DNA from: Scenedesmus sp. PABB004
Taxonomy: Eukaryota
NCBI GenBank assembly: GCA_014905635.1
Contig: JABVCE010000021.1
Coordinates: 62,001-126,000 of the forward strand
Length of the DNA stretch: 64,000 nt
Direction: 5' to 3'
The notes below the pieces were generated by a model. It saw nothing but the letters and a program-made list of their open reading frames with translations, was not told the DNA's origin and did not search any database. Each line of letters opens with the position of its first letter. Position 1 is the first letter of the stretch. Of the stretch, positions 25,534-38,396 are shown piece after piece. Both the position numbers and the translations under genes were made by a program.

Positions 25534-26022
25534 GGTGCGGCGCGGCGCTGCCGTGCACGCGGGGTGTGTGTGTGCTGCGGTCGCGCCGCCGGTGGCGGGC
25601 GGGCTGGGCGGCGCGGGGACCGGGGCGTCACGCGCGCGGGCACTGGCTGCTAAACTCCGGGCGCCCATTGTCCGCGACCGCCGCCGGCCGCCGGCGCAGC
25701 CAGTCCCGGTGGCGCAGCCGCCGCCGCGGGCGCGACGTGGCGGCGGCCGGCCGGGCGCGGCCGCGCAGGCGGGTGTCAGCAGCCGGGCGGCGCCGCGCCT
25801 GCCCGCCGGGCGCCGCCGCCGGCTCGCCCGGCGCGCCGCTGACGGGCCGCGCCGCGCCTGGCCTGTCCCGGCAGCGCCCCGTGCGCGTGGAGGCAGGCCC
25901 GCGGGCGGCGCGGGAGCGGCGGCCGAGGGCGCAGGGCGGCCGGCCGCAGCGCGCTCGGCGCCGGCGCGGCGGCGGCGGCGCCCGGCGGGCAGGCGCGCGG
26001 CGCATCCGCGCCGCGTGCGAGC
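25534..26022 (+). repeat. Inverted repeat, left arm (~490 bp)
   Basis: CGGCGCTGCCGTGCACGCGGGGTGTGTGTGTGCTGCGGTC...CTGGCTGCTAAACTCCGGGCGCCCATTGTCCGCGACC recurs as its reverse complement at ~28450-28956. Confidence 0.92.
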
Positions 26023-26317
26023 GGGGTTCGGCAGCTGCACCAGCGGGGGCGCACCGCCGTGCGTTGCCGTGGGCGGCACTCGCGCTCCGCCGCAGCGACC
26101 CGGTACGCCGCGCGCAGCGCGCCGCGCCCCCCCCCCCCCCCGCCAGCCCTGCTGCGACCGTACAACGCGGGCGCGCCGCAAGAATAGTAGTAGTACACCG
26201 CGCCAGCCGTCCGTACCGGGGCCGGGCTGCAGACTAGTCGTACACGCGGGCCCTGGGCAACACAGGTCCAGCCGCGCCGCGGGGCCATGCGGCCCCGCGG
26301 GCGGGCACTGCCCCCGC

Positions 26318-28187
26318 TCAGTCGGTGAGCGCCGCCTTCTGCGCCGCCGCCACGCGGCTGTACTGCCGCCAGCGCCGCATCGCGCGGCTCGCGGCGCCGG
26401 CGAGCTCTGCGACGCGCCGGCGCGCGGGGTCGCGGCCCGCGGCGTCGCCGTCGTCGGCGCCGCCCGCCCCGCCGGGCGCCGCGCCGGGGCGCCGCATCTC
26501 GACGTGCTGCCCAAAGAGCGAGGCCCACCCGCCCGCGCCGCCGCCGGCCACGCTGAACTCTGCCTGCTCGCGCAGCGCCGCGGCGCGCGCCTGGCGCTTG
26601 AGCCACGCCCTGCGCCGGTTGGCGGCGCGTGCGCGCGCGTCGGCGCAGGTCGGGGCGAGCCGCGCCGGCCCCGTCGCGCGCCGGCCCCGGCGCCGGCCCC
26701 ACCTGTTGGCCTCCTCAAACACGTTGCCCGCCGCACTGTGGCAGCGCATCATGACAAACGCGTCCACGCGCGCCATGCCCGCCAGCGCCGCCTCCAGCAG
26801 CGCGAGCTGCGGGCTCGTCACCTGGACGCGGCCGCGGCGGCGGCGCCCCGCGCGGCGGTCGGCGGCAGCCGCGGGCGGCCGTGGCAGCCGGGCCGCGGCC
26901 GCGCGCCTGGTGGATGCAGTCCACGGGGCAGGTGAGTATGGCGACCTCGACGTCCTCCGCCAGCGCGGCCACGTCCGCGCCGGGCACCACGCGCGCGCGG
27001 CCGTACTTGGACGCCTGCGCGCCGCGGCGGCCGCGGCGGCGGCGGGCCGGCGCGCCGCGTCGGCGCGTCAGCGCCCCTGGCGCGGCCGCTGGCGCGGCCG
27101 CTGGCGCGGCCGCTGGCGCGGCGGCGCCCTCCTGGCAGCGCGCGGCGCCGGGCGGCGCGCGCGCGGGCGCTGCGCCGCGCCTCAATGAAGAAGGCCTGCG
27201 GGCAGGCGCGCACGCACTTGCCGCACCCGATGCACGACACCTGCGGCGCCGCGTGGCGGCCACGCGCAGCGCACGTCGCGGGCGCGCCCTGGCCGCGCGC
27301 GCCGCCGCCGCTGCTGCGGCTGCCCCTGCCCTGCCGTCGCCGGCCCAGCGCCCCGGCGGCCCACCTCGTCCACAAACACCTGGCGCGGCGACCGGGCGCG
27401 GCGACCGGCGGGGGAGGGAGAGGTGCGTGGGGCGGTCGGGTCGGCGCGCCGCGGGCGCGGGCGCGCTGGCCGCCCGCGCTGGCCGCCCGCGCGCCGCGCT
27501 CTGGCGCTGGCCGTGCCGCCCGCGGCGCGCCTGGTCGACGGGGAAGCCGTCGTCCTCAAACGGGTTAACCGCGTCGGCGCTGAAGCCGGCGACCGCGTCG
27601 TACAGCGCGCGCGCCTCGGGGTCGGACAGCGCCTGCGCCACCCCCGGGGCAGCGCGGCGCGCGCGTGGGCGCGCGCGGCGGGCGGTGCGACGCGGGCGCT
27701 GTGGCCTCGCACCGTGTAGATCTGGTTGAGCAGCGCCGCGAACTCGTTGGTGTCCTCGGCGTGCGTGTCGGGGTGGTACTGGCGCATGAGGGCGTAGTAG
27801 GCGGCCTTGATCGCGCGCGGCGCCGCGCCCGGGTGCTGCGGCGGCGGCGGCGGTTAGCGCGCGCGGGCCCGCGCGCGCCCCCGCGTCGACGGCGCCCCGG
27901 GGAGGCTCCGCGCCGGGAGGGAGGCTCCGCGCCCGGCCCCTCACCACGCCCAGGATGCTGTAAAAGTCGTCGCCGCCGTCGCTGGCCCACGCCTCGTCGC
28001 CGCCCGGCCCGCCGCTGCTGTCGCGGCCCGCGGCGCGACGCACGCCCGCGCGCCGCGACGGCCGTTCCGGCAGCGCCGAGAGGCCGCGGGGGCGCAGCCC
28101 CGGGAGCGCAGCCCCGGAGCCGCGGGCGCCGCGGCTCGCCGCCAGGCCTCCTGGCGGCGATCGCGCCGCTGCTGCCCTCGTCAGCAT
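26318..28187 (-). CDS. Chloroplast DnaJ protein with 4Fe-4S ferredoxin domain (CDJ3/4-like, DJC76 family)
   Basis: Transit peptide; J-domain DFYSILGV...IKAAYYALMRQYHPD; ferredoxin motifs VFVDEVSCIGCGKC...CP and CPVDCIH. Confidence 0.92.
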
Positions 28188-28449
28188 CTCGCGCCGCCGC
28201 GGCAGGCCCGCGCGGGACCCGGCGAGGGCGCGGGGCGGGCCACGGCGGCAGGCGGCGGAGCTGCTGCGGCGCGCTGCTAGCGTGTCGGCAGCAGCGGCGG
28301 CGAGCTGGCAGCGGGCTCGGCGCCGCGCTGGCTGCGGGCTGCGGGCGGGTGAGGGGCTGAGCAGCACTGCCTGAGCACCACTGCGCGCGCCGCGTCACTG
28401 CCGGGATGCGCCGCCGGGTTCTGGCCGGCCGGCGGTCGGTGCGAGGCGC

Positions 28450-28956
28450 GCTCGCGCGCGGCGCGGATGCGCCGCCGCACATCGCGCGGCACTGCCGCGC
28501 GGCGCCGCCGGGCGCGCCGCCGCCGGCGCCGAGCGCGCTGCCGGCCGCCGGGCCGCCCTGCGCCCTCAGCGGCCCCCTGCGCCGCCCGCGGACCTGCCTC
28601 CACGCGCATGGGGCGCTGCCGGGACAGGCCAGGCGCGGCGCGGCCGCGTCACCAGCGCGCCGGGCGCGGCGGCGGCGGCGCCCGGCGGGCAGGCGCGGCG
28701 CCGCCCGGCTGCTGACACCCGCCTGCGCGGCCGCGCCCGGCCGGCCGCCGCCACGTCGCGCCGCGGCGGCCCGGCGCCACCGGGACTGGCTGCGCCGGCG
28801 GCCGGCGGCGGTCGCGGACAATGGGCGCCCGGAGTTTAGCAGCCAGTGCCCGCGCCCGTGACGCCCCGGTCCCCGCGCCGCCCAGCCCGCCCGCCACCGG
28901 CGGCGCGACCGCAGCACACACACACCCCGCGTGCACGGCAGCGCCGCGCCGTCACC
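28450..28956 (-). repeat. Inverted repeat, right arm
   Basis: Reverse complement of 25534-26022; near-identical in the outer part, with substitutions and indels toward the inner end. Confidence 0.92.
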
Positions 28957-29499
28957 GGCCGACCGGCCGCTGCGGCGCGCGCGCGCGCGCGCGGCGCGGC
29001 AGCGCTGCCGGCCGCGCGGCCGGCGTCGCGGCGGCCGCCGCCCGAAGGGCAGTGCCGAGCGAGCCCGGGCGGTCGATCGGCGGGGCCGTCGATAGCCCGG
29101 GCCGCCAGGCGCCTGGGCGGGGCCGGAGCGCCACGCGCGGCGGTCGTCACGCGCGGTTGAGCGGGGATTTTGCGGTTGACCGCCGCCGCGCCGCACGTCT
29201 CCCCCGCGCCGGCCGCCGGCCCGCCACAACCAGCGACGCGAACGGCGCGCCACCGCCCACCAGGAGCCCACGCACGCAGCCCGCGACCAGCCCGCGGACG
29301 CACTTTAGCCCGCGGCGCGCGCTCGATCACGGCAGCAGCGCGGGGGTCGCAGGCACGCCCCGGCAGCGCCCCGCAGCGCGCCAGCGGACGGGGGAGGCCC
29401 GCCGCGCCGCGCCCATCCAGGACCCGCGGCGCCGCGCCGGCCCGCGGGCGGCCAGGGCGGAGGAGGTGGGCTTGACGCGATGCCCCAGGAGTTTGGCTG

Positions 29500-32284
29500 A
29501 TGCAGGAGCTGGAGGCGCGGGGCGCGGAGCAGGACGACTCGAGCCAGGTGGGCGCGCGCCCGGCGCGATGCGGCGCCCGCGCCGCGCCGCGGCTGGCCCC
29601 GACAGCTCAGAGCGCCCGTGCGGGCGCGCACGGCAGCTGCGCGGCGCCAGACCGGGGGCGGCGCGCTTTGCAGCTGCCGGGCATCGCGCGCGCGCCGGCA
29701 CTTTATGGCGCCCGGGCCGCCAACCCTGGCGAGCGTGGCCTCCGCGCGCTGAGAACGTCCCGCCTTACATTCCTGCGGCGCGCCTGCCCCGCCCGGCGCC
29801 CGCAGCCGGCGCTCTATGGCCCCGGAGCCAGCCCCGCCGACGGTGAGCGCGCGGGGGCCCGGGAGCGCCCGGCGCGCGCGTGGTGGGCGCAGGCGGCGTC
29901 GCCCACGCGCCCTGCGGCGCGGATCGGGCCGCCCGCGGCCGCCCGGCGCGGGGGGCGGTCGGTCAGGCGCCGCGCCTGGCGGGCACGGGGCGCGCCCCCG
30001 GGAGCGCGCAGGCTTGGCGCGCTGCCCAGGGCACGCACGGTGGCTCGCCGCCAAAGCGGCCGCGCCGCCGCCGACGCCGCCGCGCCGCTGCTCGCGCGCG
30101 CGCGCCGCGCAGTCCGCGTCACGGGCGTGCGCGACTGGCGCTTCAACCAGCGCGCGGAGGACATCGAGTGGCTGCTCCGCCTGAGCGCGGCGGACGGGAG
30201 CGCGAGCACCGTGAGCTGGCAGATCCTCTACAACATCGCGCACGCGCAGCAATGGAGCGAGCTGCAGCGCTTCCTGCTGCCCAAGCTCAACCAGCTGCGC
30301 GCGTTCTGCCAGAGCCAGTGCATCCAGAAGCCCGGCGCCGACGCGGGCGCGCTGTTCCGGCCGCAGCCGCACGCGTTCAAGCCGTGGCGGCGCGACTTCA
30401 TCGTTGACTGGCGCCACAGCCGCGCACGCGACCAGGTGCGCGGCAGCGAGGGCGGCGGCGGCGGGGCGGCGGGGCGGGCGGCGGGGTGGCGACGGCAGCA
30501 GCAGCAGCGCGGCGGCAGCGGCGGCGGCAGCGGCGGCGGCAGCGGCGGCGGCAGCGGCGGCGGCAGCGGCGCGCCGCGCCTCGCCTCGCGCCGCGCCGCG
30601 CCTCGCACCCGCGCCGCGCCTCACCCGCGCCCGCCGCGCCCCCCGCGCCCGCGCCGCAGCTGCTCTTCCTGGTGCGCCGCTGCGACGGCGACGGCGACGG
30701 CGACGGCGCCGGCGCCGGCGCTGGGCTGCCGTGCGAGGAGTGGTGCGAGGTGGGGCCGGGGCAGCTGCCGATGTGGCTGATGGTCAAGAACTACCTGCTG
30801 CAGTACATCCTGCTCGAGGCGACCTACCTGCGCTCCGCCGCGTGCGTGCCGGGCGGCCCCGCCGACCAGGAGGCGGCCACCGCCGCGCCGGCGCGGCCGG
30901 GCGCGGCCGTGTGCTGCAGCAACGCGGCGGCCGGCGGGCCGGCAGCCGGCGGGCCGGCCGAGGCGGAGGCGTCGTGGGACCCGGAGGCCGCGGCGGCGCC
31001 GCTGCGCGGCGGCTGCAGCAGCGGCGCGGCGGCGCAGCCGAGCGCGTCGGCCGTCGCCGCGGGCGGCAGCCCCCGCGCCGCGCCGCGCGCGCACGCGCAC
31101 GCGCCGCCGGCGGGCGCGCCGCCGCCCCGGCAGCAGCAGCAGCAGCAGCAGCAGGGCGGCGGCGGCCCCGGCGAGGCCGCGGCGCAGGCGCACTGGGAGG
31201 CGGCGTGCCAGCAGTACCGGCAGTACCAGACGCAGTACAACCACTACTACGCCCAGTACCAGGCCAACCACGCGGCCGACGCGCCGCGCGGCGCGCCGCC
31301 CCCGCCCGGCCCTGCCGACGGGCGGCCGCGGCGGCCGCGGCGGCCGCGGCGACGGGCGGCATGTTTGCGGCGCCGCAGGCGCTCGCGGGCCTGGACCCGG
31401 CGGCGCTCGTCGCCGCGGCGGCGGCGCTGGCCGCCGCGGCGGCGGCCGCGGCCGCGGCCGCGACGGCCGCCGCGCCGTGCGGCCGCGGCGCGGCGTCGCC
31501 GCCCACGGGCACTGCCAACGGCGGCGAGGGCCAGACCGGCTTTGCCGGCCTGCTGCGCAGCAGCAGCGCCGCCGCCACGGGCGGCAGCAGCGCGAGCGCG
31601 TCTGCGTCGGCGGCGGCGGGCGAGGCGGACGACGCCGCGTGCGGCGGCGCGGCCGCCATGGACGCGGCGGGGCCGCAGCCGGCCGAGACGGCGGCGCTGC
31701 TGGGCGCGGGCGAGCAGGACTTCACAGAGGCGGGCGCCGACGGAGACGACGCCGGCGACGGCGCCGACTCTGGTGGCGGGCGGCAGGGGGCCGGGGCAGA
31801 GGCCATGGCCGTCGCGTCCGCGCCCGGCGCGCGCGCGCCTGCGTGGCGCGGCGAGCAGCAGCAGCAGGCGCGGCCCGCCGCCGGCGGCGCCACGAGCGCG
31901 CTGGGCAGCGGCGGCAGCGCCGCCGCCGCCGCGCCCAGCAGCAGCTACCGCGTGCCGTCGGCCAACCCGCCGCTCACGTCGGCCGGCGGCGGCTGCGGCG
32001 CGCCGGAGCCCGACTGCGGCGCGCAGGGCGCGACGAGCCTGCAGCGCTTCGTCGCGGGCGTCGGCCTCGGCGCCGGCGGCGCGCCGCGCTTCAGCGCCGA
32101 CGCCGGCCTGCGCCGCGGCGCGAGCAGCCTGGCGCGCGGCCACTCCGGCTGGCACGGCACGCCGCCCGCCGCGGCGCCGGCGCGCGGCGGCGGCGGCCTC
32201 GCGGTTGCGGGCGGCGCGCTGCCGCAGGGCCCCGGCCCGCCGGACGACAGCGGCCGCAGCAGCAGCGCGACGACCGGCGTGTAG
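29500..32284 (+). CDS. Hypothetical protein with two possible chromodomain-like segments and a low-complexity tail
   Basis: Exons give VTGVRDWRFNQRAEDIEWLLRL and DFIVDWRHSRARDQ-LLFLVRR...EEW...LMVKNYL; Q/Y-rich patch; frame change near 31300. Confidence 0.55.
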
Positions 32285-33386
32285 CGCAGAGACTCAGCGG
32301 CCGCCGGCGGCGCGCGCGCGGCGGGCGGCGCCTCCCAGTGCGCGCCCGCCGCGGCGCCCGCCGCGCGCGCCGCCCGCACTTGCTGCCAACGCATTGTTGC
32401 AGGCTCGCCACATAACGTACTTGCGCCGTGCAGGCCTAGGCCCCGCCGCCGCGGGCGGGCGGCCGCACGAGACTATTGCCCGCGTCCCGCCGCGGGCGGG
32501 GCTCTTGCTTTGTCCGCTTGCCACTTGCAGCCGCAGTAGTCGAGGGCTCAGCAGCATTGGCCGGGCCGCGGTCCGCGCGACCCGGCTCCTGGCCGGCATC
32601 TGCGCGCGCGCGGCGGTTGCACCCGCGCCGCCCGCGCGCGCGCCCTGGGCGGGGATCCCGCGGCGGCACTGCATTTGGGCGCACCAGCGGCCCCTTGGCG
32701 CGCCCAGCGCCACTTCCTTTCACAAGCGGCCGGCGGGCGCCCCACCCCCTGAGCAGCCGTGCGGCCAGCGCGGCGAGCCAGGTGGGGCGCCTGCACCAGG
32801 GGCCTCGCACGGATGGATGAATGCAATGCATGGATCGGTGCATGGATGGGCTGGGCCGGCCCGCCGCCGCCCGACGGCGATGATGATGCCACGCAAGCAG
32901 GCGCCTGGTGAGGAGCGACGGCGCGCGGCCGGCGCGCGGGCGCGGCGGGCGGCATTGCCCGCCGCGCCCGCGCGCCGGCCGCGCGCGCGGGGGCCACCCA
33001 GAGAGCGGCGCGCCCCCCCGCGGGGCTGCCGCGGCCCCCGAGGAGAGCGAGAGCACGCGGCGGCTGCCGCGCGCAGCGAGGCCCCGCGCCCAATCGGGCC
33101 GGGGCGCGCGCGGCAGGCGCACACCAAGGGATCGGGGACCCGAGCGGCTGGACGAGACGCGGGGGCGCCCCGCGACACCACGAGCGAGGCGGGGGCCCCC
33201 GAACGATGGAGTGTGTGTGCGTGCGGCAACGAGGCGCCCAGCGCAGCGCGGGCGCGCGCCGCGCGGGCCCGGCGGCGCCGACCACCGGCGCCGCCGGGCC
33301 GCGGCGCCGCCCGCCGGCGGCGGCGCGCGCCCCCCGCGCTGCCGCACCGGCCACCGCGCCGGCGCGGCGCGAGCGGGGGGCGGCCG

Positions 33387-33419
<33 letters not shown>

Positions 33420-34034
33420 ACCGGCAGGGAGCAGTGGAGACGAGGAGGAGGTCCACGGGGACGCCATGAGCGCGAGGCGGCGACGAGACGAGAGGGGCGC
33501 AGAGCGAGCGCGCGCGCGCGCGCGGAAGGCACCTTGCCCCGCGCGCGCGCGCGGCGGACGGCGGCGCGTGGCGGCGGCGGCGGGCTGGGCGGGCGGGCGG
33601 GCGGTGGATTTTGGCGCGGAGCACTGCTGGCCAGCGTGCGCGCGCCCGCTCCCAGGCGGGCGGCGCGCGCCCCACCCCATCAATCGAGGCCCTTCTGAGC
33701 CTCCCTTCTGTTGCGTAACGAATGTTTTTTTCTGCCGGCGCGGTGCGTGGCAGGCAGCGCAATCGTCAGCTGCGTCGCCGGAGCGGCCCGGGGCGGCGGC
33801 GCAGCGGCGCGGTTTGCTCTGCTTGACGCGCTCGCCGCAGCAGCCGCCCCGCGATCGCTGCGGTTGCGAAACAGCGGGCCCCCGGTGCTGCGCGGACGAC
33901 GAAAGCGCGGACGACAAGAGCAGCAGCGCGCCATCTGCTGCTCCCTGTGCTCCCTCTGCCCGCCGCGACGCCCGGCCGCCAGCCCACGCGATCGCCCGGG
34001 CGGTGATCCTGCCGGGGGCAGAGGCTCCGCGGCC

Positions 34035-35040
34035 ATGGGCCCCGAGCACGACAGGCGCGGCGGCGGCTACGGCGGGCCCGGCGGCGGGCACCGGGGCGGC
34101 TACGGCGGCTACGGCGGGCGCGGCGGGCGCGGCGGCTACGGCGGCGGTGGCCCGGGTGGCTACGGCGGCCGCGGCGGCGGCCGCGGCGGCGGCTACGGCG
34201 GCCCGCCGGGCGGTGCGGCGCGGCGGGAGCAGCAGCGCAGCTCGCGCCGCGCGCCCCTGCCCCGCGCCGAGCAGCAGCGCGCGCCGGCGCGCGCCCCGAC
34301 GCTCGCCGCGGCCGCGCCCGCGCCCGCGCCCGCGCGCAGGCGTGGCGCAGCAGGCGCTGCCGCCGCCGATCAGCGTCGACCGTGAGAAGGTCTGCCCGCT
34401 GCTGCTGCGCGTTTTCGCCAAGCGCGGCGCGCACCACAGGCGCGGCCGCGGCGGCGCCCGCGGCGGCCCCGCGCGCCGGCGGCGGCGGCCCCCGCGCGGC
34501 CCGCCCCGCGGCGACCGCGCCCGACCGCCCCCGCGGCCCGCCGCCGGCGGCCCGCCCACGCCCCACAGGCTTGAGGACTATGCCAAGCGCGGGTGTGAGC
34601 CGTCGGACGAGCTCCAGGTGTACACCTGGCCCGACGCGACGCTGCGGGAGCTGGCAGACCTGGTCAAGGAAGTGCGGCCCGACGCGCGCGGCCGGTGCGG
34701 CGGCGGGCCGCGGCGGCGGCGCGGCCGGGCGCGGCCGGCCGGGCGCGAGCGCTGGCGGCGCGGCCCGCGCCGCGCTGCCCCCGCCGCGCTGCCCGCGCCG
34801 ACCCGCCCTGGCCGACGCCTCCGCGCCCCCGCGTGTGCTGTGTGTGTGCGTGCGCGCGTGCCACGCAGGGGGGCGCGGCTGTCGTTTGCGTTTGTGTACC
34901 CCGACCGGCGCGGCGCAAACGTGATGAAGGTCGTGGGCGAGGTCTGGGGCGACGGCGCCCGCCGCTCGCCCGACGACGCCAAGTCGCTGCACCAGCTCTC
35001 CTTCCAGACCGGCGACTTCCTCGACGTCGCGGTCTTCTGA
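34035..35040 (+). CDS. SAP18: SAP18 (Sin3-associated polypeptide 18, ASAP complex) with RGG/GYGG N-terminus
   Basis: VDREKVCPLLLRVF, ELQVYTWPDATLRELADLVKEV, LSFAFVYPD, FQTGDFLDVAV; stop TGA at 35040. Confidence 0.95.
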
Positions 35041-35570
35041 GGCGCGCGACCGGAGCGCGCCCGCGCGGCGCGGCAGCGGGCGCGCGGCGCGGCGCGGCCG
35101 GAGCGCGTCGGCGCGGCCGGAGCAGCACGCGGCAACCGCGCCCCGACGGGACGGGGGTGTCGCTGGAGTGCTCGCAGGCCTGCTCGCACAGGCGCAGCAG
35201 CGTTTGCGCGCGACGCTGCGAGCCCAGCGCGCGGCGGCGGCGGCGCGCCCGGGCGCGTGGCCCGCTGCGCCGGCGGCGCTGAGACGGGGTGACGACGGGC
35301 GATGCGCCTGTGGGGAGGCCGCGGGTGCACGTGGTCATTCTTCGCCGGCGTGCACAGCAGCGGCGGCACCGCGCTGGCCGCTGGCCTCCCCCTGTCCCTG
35401 CGCCCTGCCCCGCCCCGCCGCGCAGCTCGACGCACCGCAGCCACATAGACTCACTCCCGAGCCCGCTGCACTCGCCGGCAGCTCTGCGCGCGCTGCGCCG
35501 AGCGCGAAGCGCGGCCGCGGCAGCAGCGCGGCAGCGACCGCTGGCCAGCTCTCGGGCGATCGCGGGCAGC

Positions 35571-37990
35571 ATGAGCAGCCGGGCGGCGGGCGCGGCGGCA
35601 CGCGGGCCGGCCTTGGCTCCCCCCGGCCGCCCCCGCGCGCCGTCGCGGGGCCTCCGCACGGTGAGGCACCGGTCCCGGGCGGCTCAGGGGGGTCCGTTTA
35701 GCACGTGGCCGCGCGCGCCGGGCCTGGATCGCGGCGCTAGGGCTGGCCGCGGCGCGCGGCGGCGCCGCTGCTCACGCCGCCGCGCCCGCGCCGCGCGCAG
35801 GCGGCCCTGCGGCCGGCGGCGAGCGCGGGCCCGGCTCGCAGCGGCGTCCAGGGGCCGCTGGCGAGCGGCGGCTGCGCGGCGGCGCCGCGCCGCGCGGCCC
35901 CCGCGCCGCAGCAGCACGCCCCGCGCGGCGCGGCGCGGCAGCGGTGCTGGCGCGCCGCCGCGCTGCCGGAGCCGGCCGCCGGCGGCGGCGACGGTAGCGG
36001 CGGCAGTGGCAGCGGCGGCTCGGGCGGCGGCGGCGGCGGCTCGGGCGGCGGCGGCGGCGGCGAGGACGACGAGGAGGTGCTGGGCCTGGCCCAGGTCGAG
36101 GCGGCCGCGGCGGCGGCCAAGGTGCAGCTGCCCGCGGACGTGCTCGAGACGGCGCGCACCGTCGGCGTGCGGTCGACCGCGCTGGCCAAGCTCATCAGCC
36201 TGCAGGCGCGCGGCGCGCATCGCCGCCGCCGCACCGCCGCGCGCCGCGCGCCGCGCCGCGCCCGTGCTCTCCCCCAAGCACTCGCACGCGCACGCGCACG
36301 CCCACGCCCGCGCACGCGCACCCGCGCAGGGGCTCACGTTTGTGGGCGGGCTCGTGTCGCGCTTCCCCTGGGTGCGGTCGCGCATGCTCGCGGACGATCG
36401 CTTCCTCTTCAAGGTCGCGGCGGAGGTGGTCATCGACTCGGGTGCGGCGCGGCGGCGCAGCAGCGGGCGCGCGGCGGGGGCGCGTGTGGGTGTGGCGGCG
36501 CGCGTGGGTGCGCGCGTGGGTGTTGTGTGGGCGCGCGTGCGTGGCGCGGGCCCAGCACGCACCGCACGCACCGCACGCCGCCGCCGCCGCTGCCGCGGCG
36601 CGCAGGGTGCGCGACGGTCGCCGAGTTGCGCAAGCGGGGCGACGAGTTCTGGGCCGAGTTTGAGTTCTACCTCAGCGACCTCCTCGTCGGTGCGGCGGGG
36701 GGCGCAGGGGGAGAAGAGGGGGAGGCGGCGGCGCGGGCCAGCGAGCGCGGCGGGGCCGGTGCGCTGACGCGGCCACACCCGCGCCCGCACCCCCCACCCA
36801 CCCACACACCCACACCCACACGCACGCACGCACCCCCTCCCCACCACCCGCCAGGCATCGTGCTGGACGTCGTGCTGGTGTCCCTCATGGCGCCGCGCGC
36901 CGTCATCGGCGGCGCCGCCGCCGCGGCGGCGGGCCAGAGCGCGCTGCAGCGCTGGCTCGCCAAGGTCCCCTCCGCCGCGCTCGAGGCGAGCGTCAAGGGT
37001 GCGGCGCGCGCCCCGCCGCGACCGCCGCGCGACCGCCGCGCGCACGCCGCGACCGCCGCCGCCCACACCGTCACGCCGCCGCCGTCGCGACCCGACCCCC
37101 CGATTCGGACCCCCCCCCCCCCCCCCCACCCACCCACCCACCCACCCACCCACCCACCCACCCCCCCCAGGCGTGCGCGTGTACACGCCCGGGCTGCGCC
37201 TCGCGTGCCTGGGCGTCAAGTTCCTGGAGTACAGCCTCGCGGGCATCGTGTGCGGCTTCATCGGCCAGGGCGCGGCAAACAGCCTCATGCTGCTCAAGTG
37301 AGACGCCGCGGGCTCAGGCCCGCGCGGAGGGCTTAGGGTTCAGGCTTTAGGCCGGCGCCCGCGCCGGCGCCCGGCAGCCAGCAGCGCTGACCCCCCCCCC
37401 TCCCTCCCTCCCCCTCCTGTGCCGCCGCCCTCCCCCGCAGGCGCCAGATCCACGGCGAGCGCGAGGGCGACGTCGCGGTGCCGCCGCTCTTCCGCACCGC
37501 GCTCGTGTGGGGGCTCTTCATGGGCGTGTCGTCAAACCTGCGCTACCAGGCGCGCACGTGGTCGCGCGCACGCGCACGCACACACGCACACATGCCGCCA
37601 GCCGCCGCAGCCGCGCGGCGCAAAGAAAAGCCCGGCCGCGCGGCTCAGCGCCCCCGCCGCCGCCGCCGGCCGCGCGCGCGCGCGGCGCAGGCGGTGTTTG
37701 GCCTGGAGCGCGCGGTCGACCTCACGCTCGCGCGCGCGGTGCCGGCGATTGCCTACCCACGACCGTGGCGATCCGCTTCGCCAACAACATCATCGGCGGC
37801 GGTGCGGCGCACGCGGCGGCGCGGCGGCGGCACGGCGGCGGCGCGGCGCTGCGGGGCGGCCGCTGCGGGGGCGGCGGGGGGCGGCCGCTGCGCGGCAGCG
37901 GGCACGGCTCCGCTGACCCCCTCGCCGCCGCGGTGGCGCTGCCCCGCAGAGAACTTCATCGACATGGCGCGCTGGGCGGGCGTGCAGTGA
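35571..37990 (+). CDS. RETICULATA-related chloroplast envelope protein (DUF3411)
   Basis: Transit peptide plus Gly-rich linker; RSRMLADDRFLFKVAAEVVID, AELRKRGDEFWAEFEFYLSD, FMGVSSNLRYQ, RFANNIIG, FIDMARWAGVQ. Confidence 0.93.
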
Positions 37991-38396
37991 GGCGCGGGGC
38001 GCGGGCGGCGGGCGGGCGGACAGCGGCAGCGGTGGCGGCCGCGCGCGGCGGCACGCTGCGGCGCGCGCGGGACGGGCGGACGCGCTTGGGAGCTGGTCTG
38101 GGCGGCGGCCACGGCGGCGGCGTGGGCGGCGGCGGGCGCATGGACGCGAGGCAGCGCGCGCAGGGGGCGCGGCGCCCGGGAAGAACCACGAGCCTGTCAC
38201 TTCCCCGCGCAGCTGCGCCCCCTCGCGCCGATAAAGGTGGCACGCGCGCAGCCGGCCGCACGCTCGAACGCTGCGACACACGCGCACGTACCCGCTGCAC
38301 GCGCTCCGGAGCCCGCCGCCCTCGCTGCTCTCAGCTCGCGCCAGCGCCCGCGCGCCCGCTCTCGCCTCGTGCCTGTCGTTCCCCGCGCACCGCGCC

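Noticed and set aside
32400..33900. Possible small minus-strand gene between the chromo-like gene and SAP18
   Set aside because: Some splice-like signals are present but I could not assemble a coherent, recognisable protein.
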